64,000 bases of DNA from the human T2T-CHM13v2.0 reference genome, Homo sapiens, in assembly GCF_009914755.1 (NCBI RefSeq), contig NC_060926.1; one strand, 5' to 3'. Below are positions 41,311 through 54,425 of this stretch, piece after piece. The notes beneath the pieces are model-generated. The model saw nothing but the letters and a program-made list of their open reading frames with translations. It was not told the DNA's origin and did no database searches. How positions within the stretch are numbered: position 1 is the first letter of the stretch; each line of letters opens with the position of its first letter. A program made the translations under genes and the position numbers.

Positions 41311-44300
41311 GCTATAAGGTGTCAGACTTTCAAAGCCCCACTCAAGCTGTGTCATCACCATGTAACTGTCATGGCAATAGCAGCACTGGATGTGTGCTGG
41401 TCATTTTCTGTGCGTTGCCTTGTCCCCAGCATTTGACCTGTGTTGTGTCATTTGGGCCTCGTAACAGCCTGTGAGGCAGTCATGGGCATTACTCCATGTC
41501 ACAGATGGGCAAACTGAAACTTGCCCAGGTCACACAGCAGACGGTCGCAGACCCAGGGCTCACACCCAGGCACTGGGCTCACAACTCAAAGCATGAGCTG
41601 CCAGGCCACCCTGAGGTTCAGCTGGCTGCGGCGACACGGCCAAAGCCATGGCCCATAAGCCCGCTGTGACCTTGGATGGCCAGCTCTGCCATTCACCTGG
41701 CACTGCAACTGAGGACAGATCACTTCACTGGCCTCAGTTTTCCCATCTGTAGAAAGGAACAATAGCACCCACCACATGAGATCGTTGTGAGGATTCCATG
41801 AAATAATGAAGGGAACGCTTGGGAGGCAGAAGGCATATAGGAGATACCCAGTGTGTGCCGGCAGCTCCCCTTTTTCTTAGGGATTGCAAAGAGAGGTAAT
41901 TGGCCTGTGCCTCAGTTTACCCATTAGCAAGGGAAGGAAGTCCTCTTCACAAGGTGGGTGAAGCGAGCATTGCTGACCTGGAGAGGCGGTGGGGTGTGCT
42001 GGAGTGTGCAGGTCCTAAACCCTGGAGGCTGGGTTTAAGCCTCACTCTCCTGGGCCTGCTATGCAGCATTGGGCAGGTTACTACACCTGCTGGGCTCATT
42101 GTCCTCATCTGCATGAAAGGGCTGAACCTGAGCCTCCCAGCAAGGCTTAGTGGGCTATGGTGATGTGGCCGGGGTCGAGCTGCTGCTGAGCATGCTGGCA
42201 TGTGGTATTTAGGCCCACTGTGTAGCGTGTCCTCCCGGTGCCCCCCGCCCCCCACCCACACCATCAAACACTCCTCCCTTCAATCACCAGGAGTTTGCAA
42301 AACTCCCAGGCATGAAGCTTCATCTCTTTGTACCTCAGTGTCCATCTGAAGAACGGGCGTGAGAATCAGATCGTGAATGCAGACCCGCCTAGTGCAGCGC
42401 CAGCCTGCATCACGCACTCGGCCAGTGGGCTGCCTGCAGCCAGGACATTCCCTTGGCTCTCAGGGCTGTCTCTAAAAAGGGCCCTGGGTTCTCAGGGTCT
42501 CTTGGGTGAGCCTCAGGGCTCCCATTCATCTCCTGTGGCCCTGGGGGGTGGCCGCATGGCCAGAAGGTTGTAGCCGGTCTGCAGGGACAAGAGGCTAAGG
42601 TGAAGCCGTCCTGGGGCTGTAGCTGACTGGGAGGGAGCTCAGGCCCATTCCTCCCCAGCCCAGGCACCTCTGGCCTTAAGATGGCAAGATACTGAGTTGA
42701 GTCTATTCGCCTGTGGCAGACACAACAGAGGGGCCCAGGAGGGCAGAGCTGGGGTGAGGGGCGAGGAGCCCCTGCTGACCTCACCGTGTCTACTGCCCGA
42801 TAAGGCCCAGCTGAGCTCTAGCGTAAACTGCTCTTCCCTCTCCCTGCTTCCCTCCAAGCAGCCGTGTCTGGCTGGGAGCTTGGCCTTGGGATGGGGCTGG
42901 TAGGAAGGGATTCTCCTCCACTAGGAATGTGAATCTCTCCCTTCTCCCCTTTCTTGAGGCCTGGAGTGGGACAGGAGGAGTGAGGATTTTCCACTGAACT
43001 GGACTTGAGCCCGGGCTCTGTCATCTCCCAGCTGTGTCACTTAGAACTGGCTTTGGTGTCACCTCTCAGAACTGGTCTTTTTCATGTGCAAAATGGGGCT
43101 GGAGCTTGAGGCCTGCTGCCCTGAAGGATACCTGGCATGCAGCAGGCACTTAGTGCATGGTGGTGATTTTGAAGACTGAGCACCTAGTGTGTGCCATGAT
43201 GAGGATGGAGAGGACAGGAGCCTCGCCCTCAGAGACCCCCTTCTCCACATTGGGCAGTCTGGCTCTCCCCATGATCAGCCATACCAAGGCACTTGTTCTG
43301 GGTGGCTGAGCCCATGTATGTCCCTGTGAGCCTCCGTAATGTCCCAGAGGAAGCTTCCATGTCCTGATGCCTGTCCATTCTGGGAGCCCCATTTAGGGGA
43401 TGGGCCTATGCCTGGTTCCTGGGGCTTGCCAGGCCCCTGGATGGGGGAGTCTGGCCTGGAAGCTCCCTGCACTGGACCAGTCTGGGGTCTCCCACTGGGG
43501 CAGTCCTTGGTGGTGTTGTCTCCCCCTTGCATCTCCTCCCGGGGGGAAGGCTGGCTCATGAAGGCTCAGGCTAGCAGGTGAGGACACAGAGTCAAGGCCA
43601 CACCCTCCCCAGGCCTCAGCCAAATCATCTACAGGAGTTTGGGACCTCCCCTAGGGCCTGTGCACAGAGGCAGTGTGGACTTTGGACTCAACCAGACCCA
43701 TATTCTCATCTGAGGACAAGCTCTGACAGGTCGGCTGGGGGTCAGCAAACCTGACCTTGGGCACCCTGTGGTTTGGGCCAAAATGGAGCGTGAGATATAC
43801 CTTCCACAGAGGGACGATGACAAGAATCCTTGCACGTGGGCTTGCTTTAAATGCCATGCGCACATTTTCCTCCTGCCCCCACTGCCATTCTGACCGGGAC
43901 TTGACCCAGAGGTCCTCGAGGACCTGCCACAGGATCGATCTGACAAGGCCCTCGGGTCAAGGAAGTGCTTACAATCCACAGAGTATTTCCAGCTCTGTGA
44001 GATCCTATCCCTGGGATGGGCTTCCAGAACCACTGCTGCTAGAAAAATGTCACTGGGAACGCAGATGCTCGATCTGGGAGGATCGGCTGGGCTGGGCTGG
44101 GGGCGGTGGGGGAGGAGGCTGGAGGCCTGGCACAGGGAATGCAAATTGGCATCATGAATTATGCATCAGCCCAAGCTTCTCACACGTTTGGGGCTGAATG
44201 AAATCATGTTTGCCTGGGAAAGGGGGAGGGGAAGACAGGACAAAGATGAGCAGGGCCTAGTCCTGGGAAGTGGGAGAGGATGTCTTGCTAGGTTTCAGGA

Positions 44301-44544
44301 GGGGCCTTAGGAAGGTGCCTGGGCAGGAGGTGGTGGCGTCTTTCTGATACCACCTTTTTTGCTGTGTGACCTCAGGCTAGCCTCTCACCCTTTCTGATCA
44401 GCCTGTTTCCTTAGGGACATAATTTGAATGAGAGCCTCTGCTCTGTCTCACTGTGATTGTGAGGGCCTAATTAATTTTACAATTGAGAATGATCTACCTG
44501 AGGAGAATTGTTATTTTAGGAAACTAATAATAATTATTACTACA

Positions 44545-44760
44545 CTTACTATTTACTGAATTCATGCTCTCTGCGTGTGGAGCTAAATGTTTTACAGTTA
44601 TTTTTCGTGAGATCCTCACAACCATCCTTGTACTCACATGCTATTTTTGCTCCTGTTTTACAGATGAGAAGAGTGGTGCTCAGAGAGGTTAAGTCACTGG
44701 CCTAAGGTCACACAGCTGGGTAAGGAGCAGAGCCAGCATTGGATGCAGACCTTTTGGCTG
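44545..44760 (-). mobile_element. MIR SINE
   Basis: ttttacagatgagaa...ctcagagaggttaagtcactggcctaaggtcacacagct. Confidence 0.75.
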
Positions 44761-45477
44761 CAGGGTGGTTGTGCTGTGGGCCATGGGAGAGGCTGCTCTC
44801 CCACCCTGCAGACAGTCTGGCTTCAGAGAAGTAATTTCTCTTTTCCTGAATCTTGAGAATCTGGGGGCTTGGTGGGGGACGTGGTAAGGCTAATGTGGTT
44901 GTGGTTGTTCTGGGTTGGTCCCCAGAATGACTGGCAAGATGCTAGCTCTAGAAAAACTACTCAGTTAGGACTCATGAAATGTGTGATGATTTCACCTGAA
45001 AAGTAAAATAAGAGCCAGCATTTATTGAGCAACTACTGTGTTCTGGGCCTGTCCCAGGTACTCCGTGTGGACGAATAGACCAACACACCATGGAGGGTAG
45101 TTATTGTCACACACATCTTACAGGTGCAAAAATCATTTCTTTGTACTTTACTCATTGCATTAGACCAACGTTGTGCAGTCACACTTGTGTGAGGAACAAC
45201 TCTAACTACGCTGTTACTTCAAGTCAAGGACCTGGGAGTAATAAATTAAAATGGTGAGGGTTCTCAGATTGCAACTGGGAGAAACATTTGGATTCTGTAA
45301 TGAAAATAGTGATGATCAACTCAGAGAAAAATGCTGGAGGATTTTTAGTGATTTTCTGTATTTATAGGAAAACATATCATGTTTAAGTGTTTCTGTTTTT
45401 TTTTTCAAAATATTCCTGTGATCTGAGTGGTCACTTATCCACTGCCCCCAAACCATATATCCCCAAAATGTTTCATC

Positions 45478-45920
45478 TATGCAACCACCCATCCACCAAT
45501 CTACCCATCTATCCACCCATCCATCTATACACCAATCCACCCATTCGTCTACCCACCCATCCACTCACTTATATACTTACCAATTCATTCACCCATCTCC
45601 ACCCATCTATCCATTCATTCGTTCCTTTATCTACCCAGCTTCCCACCCACCCTTACAACCACCACTCATACATACCCCAATTCATTTATTCATATCTAAC
45701 TATCCATCCATCCATCCATCCATCCATCCACCTATCCATCCATCTACCTATCCATCCATCCACCCACCCATCCATCCATCCATCTATCCATCCACCTATC
45801 CATTTATCCGTCCATCCATCCATCCATCCATCCATCCATCCATCCATCCATCTATCCATCCACCTATCCATTTATCCGTCCATCCATCCATCCATCCATC
45901 CATCCATCCATCCATCCATC
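45478..45920. repeat. (TCCA)n/(CCAT)n tetranucleotide repeat, degenerate 5' part and purer core ~45702-45920
   Basis: Read directly; a shorter related tract lies at ~47350-47437. Confidence 0.95.
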
Positions 45921-48900
45921 CCCTTTTCAATAATTGAGTGCCTACTCTTTGCCAGACACAGCTCTAGGCAAACAAAACAGACACAAATTCTTTCATTTCT
46001 CCAGTTTGCACTCTAGTGGGGGAGACAAGCCATAAAGAAAATAAAATAAGTAAATGGCATATCAGATGGTGGTAAGAGCTATGGAGAAAGATAAGGCGAG
46101 GAAAGGGGATCAGGAGTGGCAGGGGTGGGGCTACAATATTCCTTGCAAATTAATTCGATTTGCTCATTGGACATTAAAATGCCCTCATTCTAAGAAATCT
46201 TTTAAATTGGACCAGTTTGTTGTGGGTGGAGTTTATGCCTGTGAATTCTCCACAGAGTCATGATGGGGCCTTGCTTTGCTCATGCCTGGATTCCTGGTCC
46301 CGAGCACAGTGCCTGGCCCAAGCAGCTGCTCAGTAAAGATGTGTTGAATGAACGATGGACACATTATTAATCTAGTAGTGAAACAAGTGTGCCATGTTTG
46401 TGGTGCTTCTGTCTCTCCCATGAATCTTCTGAAAACACTACATCCCTCCCTTCTAGAATCTGCCCTTCTTATGCTCTGAAGACCTGCCTGATCCTCCTTG
46501 CCTGCCCAGGCCAGCCTGCTCTCCATACCTCTCTGATCTTGGCCTCAGATGCTGGAGTCATCTGGTCTCGGCAAGACTGTCGGTGGATTGGGCTTTGTCT
46601 ACCCCACTCCATCTCTAGCCTGTGTGCTGCAAGAACATATCTGACCCTGGGCATGTGGTTGGTGGAAGGTAGGGGAGGGTGGAGTGCAGGGGTGCTGCTA
46701 GTTATCAAGCACACAACTACTGGTTAAAGCAGGCCCTAGGCTAGGAGGTCTAGGAAGGAGCAGGAAGAGGTCCAGGAGCAGAGCACTTCAGCATTTATCC
46801 CCCGATGGGGAGCCAGGCATTCTGGTTAATAGAGGTTTTTACTCATTTTCTCCCTCCTTCCCTTTGTCCTTCCTTTCACAAATTAGTTTAATAGTCTGCT
46901 AAGCATCTTCTACTCTTCTGGCACTACCGTAGGCCATGGAGACTCTGATAAGAGATGCACGTAGTAGCAAGACGGCTCCCTCCCCAAACCAGCTGGGGAC
47001 AGGAAGGACCAGAAGGCGAAAGTCAGGGACAGCTTCCTAGAAGAGGGGACATCTGAACACACCTTGAAGGATAATGAGGAGGAAGGAGGCAGATGGAGAA
47101 GGCAGAGAAGGGTGTTTCTGGAGCAGGACCAGCCTGGGCAGAGAGCACTGGGCAAGTTCCCAGAGCACCCTTTGGCTAGGAGGCAGGGATGGGGCTGGAG
47201 AGCCAGCTGCCAGCCCTCTATGGCACACACAGGCTCACCTCCAGGACAATGCAGGGGGATCTTCTTGTCACTCTTCACTCAATTGCTTCTAGCTAGTTTT
47301 GGATTTCTAAAAGTTCAATTTTTCTAAGTTCATTTATCATTAGCATTTTATCCATCTGTCCATTCATCCAACTGACCATCCATCCATCCATTCATCTATT
47401 CATCCAAACATCTGTCCATCTGTCCATCCATCCATCCGTGATGCATGCCCAATCCACCTTCCCAAGTGTCTGCACTAACTTAGGACATCGAGGCACACTG
47501 GAGTTACAACCAGAGAGTGCTTCAAGTCCTGACCTGGGTGCCCAGCGGGGCTGGACTTCAGACATGGTGCACTTGAAAGGCAGAACCTTTGTGTCCTTGG
47601 AAGTGGCTGCCCTGCCTTGCCTTGGGTAATTGAGGTGGGGTGGGGATGGGGTGGGTGCAGGGCTCAGCCACCCGCACTGGGCCCTCCGTGCTTGAGAACT
47701 CCCAGGCCTCGCTGCCTGCCCACCATATCTCACTGTTTGATGTTCCTAGTTATCTCTTCTCGTGGGAGCACCTCTCCCGCTTTGCTAGCTTCTACTCCCG
47801 CTGCCTGGCCCCCCACAGCTGCCTCCTGCCCTCCCACTGCCTGACAGCCACTGCCAAGGTCGCTGATGACCTCCTAATTGCCAGATCTGACAGGCACTTG
47901 GGGGCTTTTATCGCGGTTGCCCTCTCTGTGGCATCTGACGGGCTGACCTGCCCGCCCGGCTCCTCGGCTGGTCTGGCTCCTGGCATCTGCTGCTCCCTGA
48001 GGTGCTGTGCTCCAGAGCCCTTGGCCTCTGCAGGCCTCCTCCTCCACCCCTGTGGGGTTCTCAGGGCTAGGGCTCGCCTCTACTGGCTGCTCTCCTGGGG
48101 CTGCACTGTTCCCAAGCTCATCTCCTCCTCTGAAAGTGCTAGGACAGAGCCTGTGCTCCTTAGCCCCTCACCCCTCCCTGGCCTCTGGCCCCGGGCCCCT
48201 GGCCCCGTCTCCTGACATACTGCAGCTGGCCAGCATGCTAAACTTCCTATGAATCAGACCCTTGGCTAGCCCACCCCATGAGATGGGTCTCACTAGTTCC
48301 ATTTTACATATGAGAACCTGAGGTTCCTCAATTAAAAGACTTGCCCAAAGCCACTGGGAAAGAGAATGGTCAAGTGGACGTGCTCAGGCCTGGGGACTTC
48401 CCAGCCTGCACACCCGTCCATTTCCCAAGACTGCCTCCCTCAGGGAGAAAGGGCAGGGTATCCCCATTTACATACAAAAAAAAAAAAAGATGTAAAGCTC
48501 TGTTGCTCAGATCTCCGGTCTATCATTAGGATTTTATATCTCCATTCACAGTGGAGAAGACAGAGGCTCAGCCTGTCAAATGACTTGCCCAAGGTGACAT
48601 GATGGGATTCAGAGTGGAAAGAGTCTGGACTCTTCCCAGGGGCTTGACTGGGAATCTGAGCTCTGCCACTTACCAGCTGCGCAGCCTCGGGCAAGTTATT
48701 TACCCTCTCTGTGCCTCAATTTTCTTCACGGGTATAAAGCTAATTATTAACCTCAAATAGAGATCATGTCTGTATGTCCCCATAGATCACTGTGGGGTCA
48801 GCATCCATGCTAGGATTCCACTCCTCCCTTCACCCTGAAGGACTTAGGCTTGTTGAAGTTTCATGATCCTCCTCATGCCACTCCTTTTACCTGGAATGGT

Positions 48901-50104
48901 CTTCCTTGCTTATCCTTTTGGCAAATTCATGCCCATCTCATAAAACTCTGCCTAAACGTCTCTTTCTCCAGGCAGAGAATCTCTCCTTCTGTTGTAGCCT
49001 CTAGGTGGCCACTTTGAGGGAGTGACTTCTGTGTGAGACACAAGAACCCCACTCTGGTAGGCTTATGCCCTGGTGCTCTGGGTTCCACAGAACTGCAGGT
49101 CAGGAGCACAGAGGGGTCTGGGGGTGACTTGGTGCACGTTGCCTACAGTCCTCCACTCTGCCTGTGGGCTGCAGCCCCTCTGGGTAGAGTGAGATCCTGC
49201 AGCAGCTCTAGGTTCATGTCTCTGCAGGACAGCAGCCAGGAGAGGAGGGAGCAAGTCGCTTCTGATTCTGGAAGAGAGGGACAATGGGGCAGAGGCCCCC
49301 CGGAACCTCTGGTCCAGTGTTTTGGCCCCATTGATCGCCAGCAAGGAGTGGGGTGGGCCATTAATGGGTCATCAGCCAGGCCCCCCTTGGAGCTGGCGTG
49401 GGGCCAGCTTGCAAGGGGAAGGGACACAGGGGTAGCTTGTGGGGTGGTGGAATGTGGGCACAACATCAGGGCCTTGGTTGGTGGGGAGGATGAGACAGTT
49501 ACGCCTGGAGAAAAGCGAGGCATGGCTGCAGGGTCTGTTATTTAAGTACTTTCTACTTTTTCATAGGCTTGTCTTCCTCCCCTGATAGACTGCCTCTTAG
49601 AACACAAGTCCCCCCCTGGGATGGTGGCCAAGGCGGGGTCTTTTCCTTTTGGTACCCCCTGCCGTCTGCACAGGTGCTGTTCGTGTTATAGGCACCACTT
49701 ACACACTGGGTACCCATTTAATAAGTGCTTGTGCAATAGATCACAATGCTTTCCTAGCACATGGCTGTCAGCCATTCATTCATTCACTGGTTTACTCATT
49801 CGTGCATTCATTCACTCATTTATTCCTGCATTCATTTTTAGTTGGGAGCCTGTTCTTCAGATGAAATAATTTGAAATAATGAGGCAAGCATGAGGAACAT
49901 GCTGGAGAGGAGAAGCTCGACTCAAGGAGGGGTGGAGGTTCTGAAGCCCCAGCTTGGCAGGACCTTCCATCTCTGGGCACCCCTGGGACTCTGACACAGA
50001 CTATTCATTCCACATGGGTAGGGCTCGTGCCCTAGAATTCTTGGCCTTTGCTGGCTCAGAGCTCTTCTGCCTGACATCAGCTAAGAGCTTGGCCCCAGGG
50101 GCCT

Positions 50105-51500
50105 CATGAGGCATGAGACATTGACATGAGCCATGAGCCATGAGACATGAGACATTGACATGAGCCATGAGACATGAGACATGAGACATTGACATGAGCC
50201 ATGAGACATGAGACATGAGACATTGACATGAGACATGAGACATGAGACATTGACATGAGACATGAGACATGAGACATTGACATGAGACATGAGACATGAG
50301 ACATTGACATGAGACATGAGACATGAGACATTGACATGAGACATGAGACATGAGACATTGACATGAGACATGAGACATGAGACATTGACATGAGACATGA
50401 GACATGAGACATTGACATGAGACATGAGACATGAGACATTGACATGAGACATGAGACATGAGACATTGACATGAGACATGAGACATGAGACATGAGACAT
50501 TGACATGAGACATGAGACATTGACATGAGACATGAGACATGAGACATTGACATGAGACATGAGACATGAGACATTGACATGAGACATGAGACGTGAGACA
50601 TTGACATGAGACATGAGACATTGACATGAGACATGAGACATGAGACATTGACATGAGACATGAGACATGAGACATTGACATGAGCCATGAGCCATGAGCC
50701 ATGAGACATTGACATGAGCCATGAGACATGAGACATTGACATGAGACATTGACATGAGACATGAGACATGAGACATGAGACATTGACATGAAACATGAGA
50801 CATGAGACATTGACATGAGACATGAGACATGAGACATTGACATGAGACACGAGACATGAGACATTGACATGAGACACGAGACATGAGACATTGACATGAG
50901 ACATGAGACATGAGACATTGACATGAGACATGAGCCATGAGACATGAGACATTGACATGAGCCATGAGACATGAGACATGAGACATTGACATGAGACATT
51001 GACATGAGACATGAGACATTGACATGAGACATGAAACATGAGACATGAGACATTGACATGAGACATTGACATGAGACATGAGACATTGACATGAGACATG
51101 AAACATGAGACATGAGACATTGACATGAGACATGAGACATGAGACATTGACATGAGCCATGAGACATGAGCCATGAGACATGAGACATTGACATGAGCCA
51201 TGAGACATGAGACATGAGACATTGACATGAGACATTGACATGAGACATGAGACATTGACATGAGACATGAAACATGAGACATGAGACATTGACATGAGAC
51301 ACGAGACATGAGACATTGACATGAGACACGAGACATGAGACATTGACATGAGACACGAGACATGAGACATTGACATGAGACACGAGACATGAGACATTGA
51401 CATGAGACACGAGACATGAGACATTGACATGAGACATGAGACATTGACATGAGACATGAGACATTGACATGAGACATGAGACATGAGACATGAGACATTG
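50105..51500. repeat. ~1.4 kb compound VNTR: CATGAGA heptamers plus CATTGA hexamers (dominant 27-bp unit)
   Basis: Hand parse gives about 155 heptamers (variants CATGAGC, CACGAGA, CATGAAA, CGTGAGA) and about 52 CATTGA units. Confidence 0.98.
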
Positions 51501-52907
51501 GGACATGGCCGAGGAAGGGGGCTCCGATGGTTGCCTGGTCCATACCCAATTGCATGAGCAATGGTGCAAACTTCACTTTTCCCTGGGCTGGGGGAAGAAC
51601 GCCCCCCACAGAGCGGCCACCTGCTTGCCCAGGGCTCTGATGCCCGATGCTCACCCTGAGGCTGAGTGCCCAGCCCACTCTGTCCCCTCTCCCCTGGCCC
51701 AGCCCCTTTTCTGAGGTGTCACGGCTCAGTGGAGGCCAGGGAAAATCGCTCTCGGGCAGGAAGCTGTAATGGGGCCTGTATGTCTGGGCCAGACCAGAGC
51801 GGCCTTGTCTGCATTTTATGTTTTATCGCCTCCTTCTGACATCAGCCTTTCCTGACATTTATTGTTCTCTTTGGGGCCTCAGAGAGCCCATCTGGAGTCA
51901 GTGAGGCTTGTGAGAGGGATGGCGGGGGGTGGGGGGGTACCGCTAAGCCTGGCCCAGTTCTAGGGTGCAAGCGGTGAAGAGGAGCTGCCCTGAGGTGCGG
52001 CAGCAGCACCAGGGGGTGGCCGCAGGTGCTGTCCAGATAGACAAGGTGGGCTGTGCTTGGGACTGGGGCTCCCACCCAGGGTTCTCCACTGGTGGAAGTG
52101 GAGGACGTGGTGGGGAGATGCACTATGTAGGGGTGCCCTCCTGCAGGAGGGGTGAGAGGAGGACAGGTCCTGGATCTGCAGGCTCTATTGATGGGACAGT
52201 GACTGATAATTCTCTCTTGCCCTTAGGGTACATGGATGTTTATTTTCGTTAATGAATGTACAGATACATTTAGTACATATTTGCACACACTTCTGTATAT
52301 TTAACATAATTTCACAAGTGAAATGATTGAAAAAGAGTGCTTCCCTGCTTTCTAGATAGATGTTACTCAGTCCTTTAGTTAAAATGCCAAGAAGGGGGAG
52401 TGAGTCACCTTCAACTCCTTTTGGGACATCTCCCCCTCTTTTCCCTCTGCCTCTCTTCCCTGTGGCAGACTCTGCTGTTTTCATACCCAATATTCATTCT
52501 CCACATCTTCATTTCTAAGAAAACTGATTTTATTCCATATGGCAAAGTTCTCAATTTGAGGACTCCCTTGATAGCTAGTGTCAACCAAGGAGACAGAAGT
52601 TTTTGGGTGAAGCTGATTCAGCTGGAAGGTATGCCCATTAGTGGCCACTGCCTTTCCTCCCCACCCAACTGTTTCTGCTTTCTGCCTGGAATGAGGACTT
52701 GATGGCTGGAGCCTCAACAGCAATTTTGCAACACAAGGCAACCTTAAGGGGTAGAAGCAGCATTGAGGTGGCAGAACAGAAAGACAGAAAATGTCAGTAT
52801 CTGAACACTTTGAAGAGCTGCCATGCTACTTCTGGACAGCCATTTCAGATAGTTGAGGGATAGATAAATCCCTAGCTTGTTTAAGTCAATTACGTATGTT
52901 TACTATT

Positions 52908-53428
52908 TGTGGTAGAGTGATTAAAAATTGTTGTAATCACCTCCTCCTTCCTATACCCACATCCTTTGCAATGTGACTTTGCAGCTTCCCCATCAGAGGT
53001 GGGGGTGATTTCCTCACCCTTTTTATCTGTTTTGCAGAGGTGACTGGAGCAATTCTGAGCCTAGGTCTCAAGAAGTCTTGCACTCTTCTGCTCGATTTCT
53101 TGGAAGCCTGCACGGCAGGCCTGTTGGAGGATCACAGATACACGGCTCAGTCCCCACCACTGCCCTAGCAGCCCACCAGCCAACCCCCAGACATGTGAGA
53201 GATGCCATCTTAGACCAGCCAGCCCCCAGCCCCCAGCTGATCCTTCACTGATACAGATGCAGGAGCTAGCCCAGCCAAGATGAGCCCCCAGCCTGCCAAG
53301 ACCAGCAGAACCTCCCATTGAGCCTAACCTTAATGACTGACCTGCATAATCGTGAGCTAGAAATGTGGTTGTTGTTTTAATCCTCTAAGTTTTGGTCTGG
53401 GTTGTTATGCATCGTTAACTAAATGATG
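52908..53428 (+). mobile_element. MLT1 (MaLR) solo LTR, MLT1F/G-like; older MLT1 piece probable at ~52600-52890
   Basis: tgtggtag...cctttgcaatgtgactttgcagct...ccagacatgtgag...ggttgttgttttaa.cc.ctaagttttgg...gttatgca. Confidence 0.7.
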
Positions 53429-53835
53429 TACTTTTATACCCACCATACTTCACCATCACAGATACGGTGAGATATTCAAAAGGCAGCCACATTTGACCCC
53501 TTACTCTCGCCACAAGGTCTCCAGGATACATCTTCCCTTCAGCTCGACTTCTTTCCTTCTTTCCCTCCTTTCTCCCTCCTTCTTTTCCATTTTTTATTCA
53601 TAGGAGCCCAGAATCTTAGTGCTGGGATGGGCCTTCTCACTTAGTTTGGTTTTCTCAGTTTACCTGTGAGCAGGAAAGTCACTTGAGCAAATGGTCACAC
53701 CCCTTCATGTGTCTTCTATACCTAGGGCCCTACTGCAGGGCCAGACACGTTGGGTAACTGTTGGAAACAGGTCTTGTTGCCTAAGAACCTGGCATCTGAA
53801 AGCTGGAAGGGACATCATCCAGGCAAACAAAATCA

Positions 53836-54425
<590 letters not shown>

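Noticed and set aside
45316-46016. His/Pro/Ser/Ile- and Trp/Met/Asp-rich ORFs
   Set aside because: Translations of the (TCCA)n repeat
50105-51500. Array as CRISPR, telomeric/centromeric satellite, or p53 response-element cluster
   Set aside because: No unique spacers or cas genes, and the context is eukaryotic; the unit is not TTAGGG, alpha or CATTC satellite; AGACATGAGA fails the YYY half of RRRCWWGYYY
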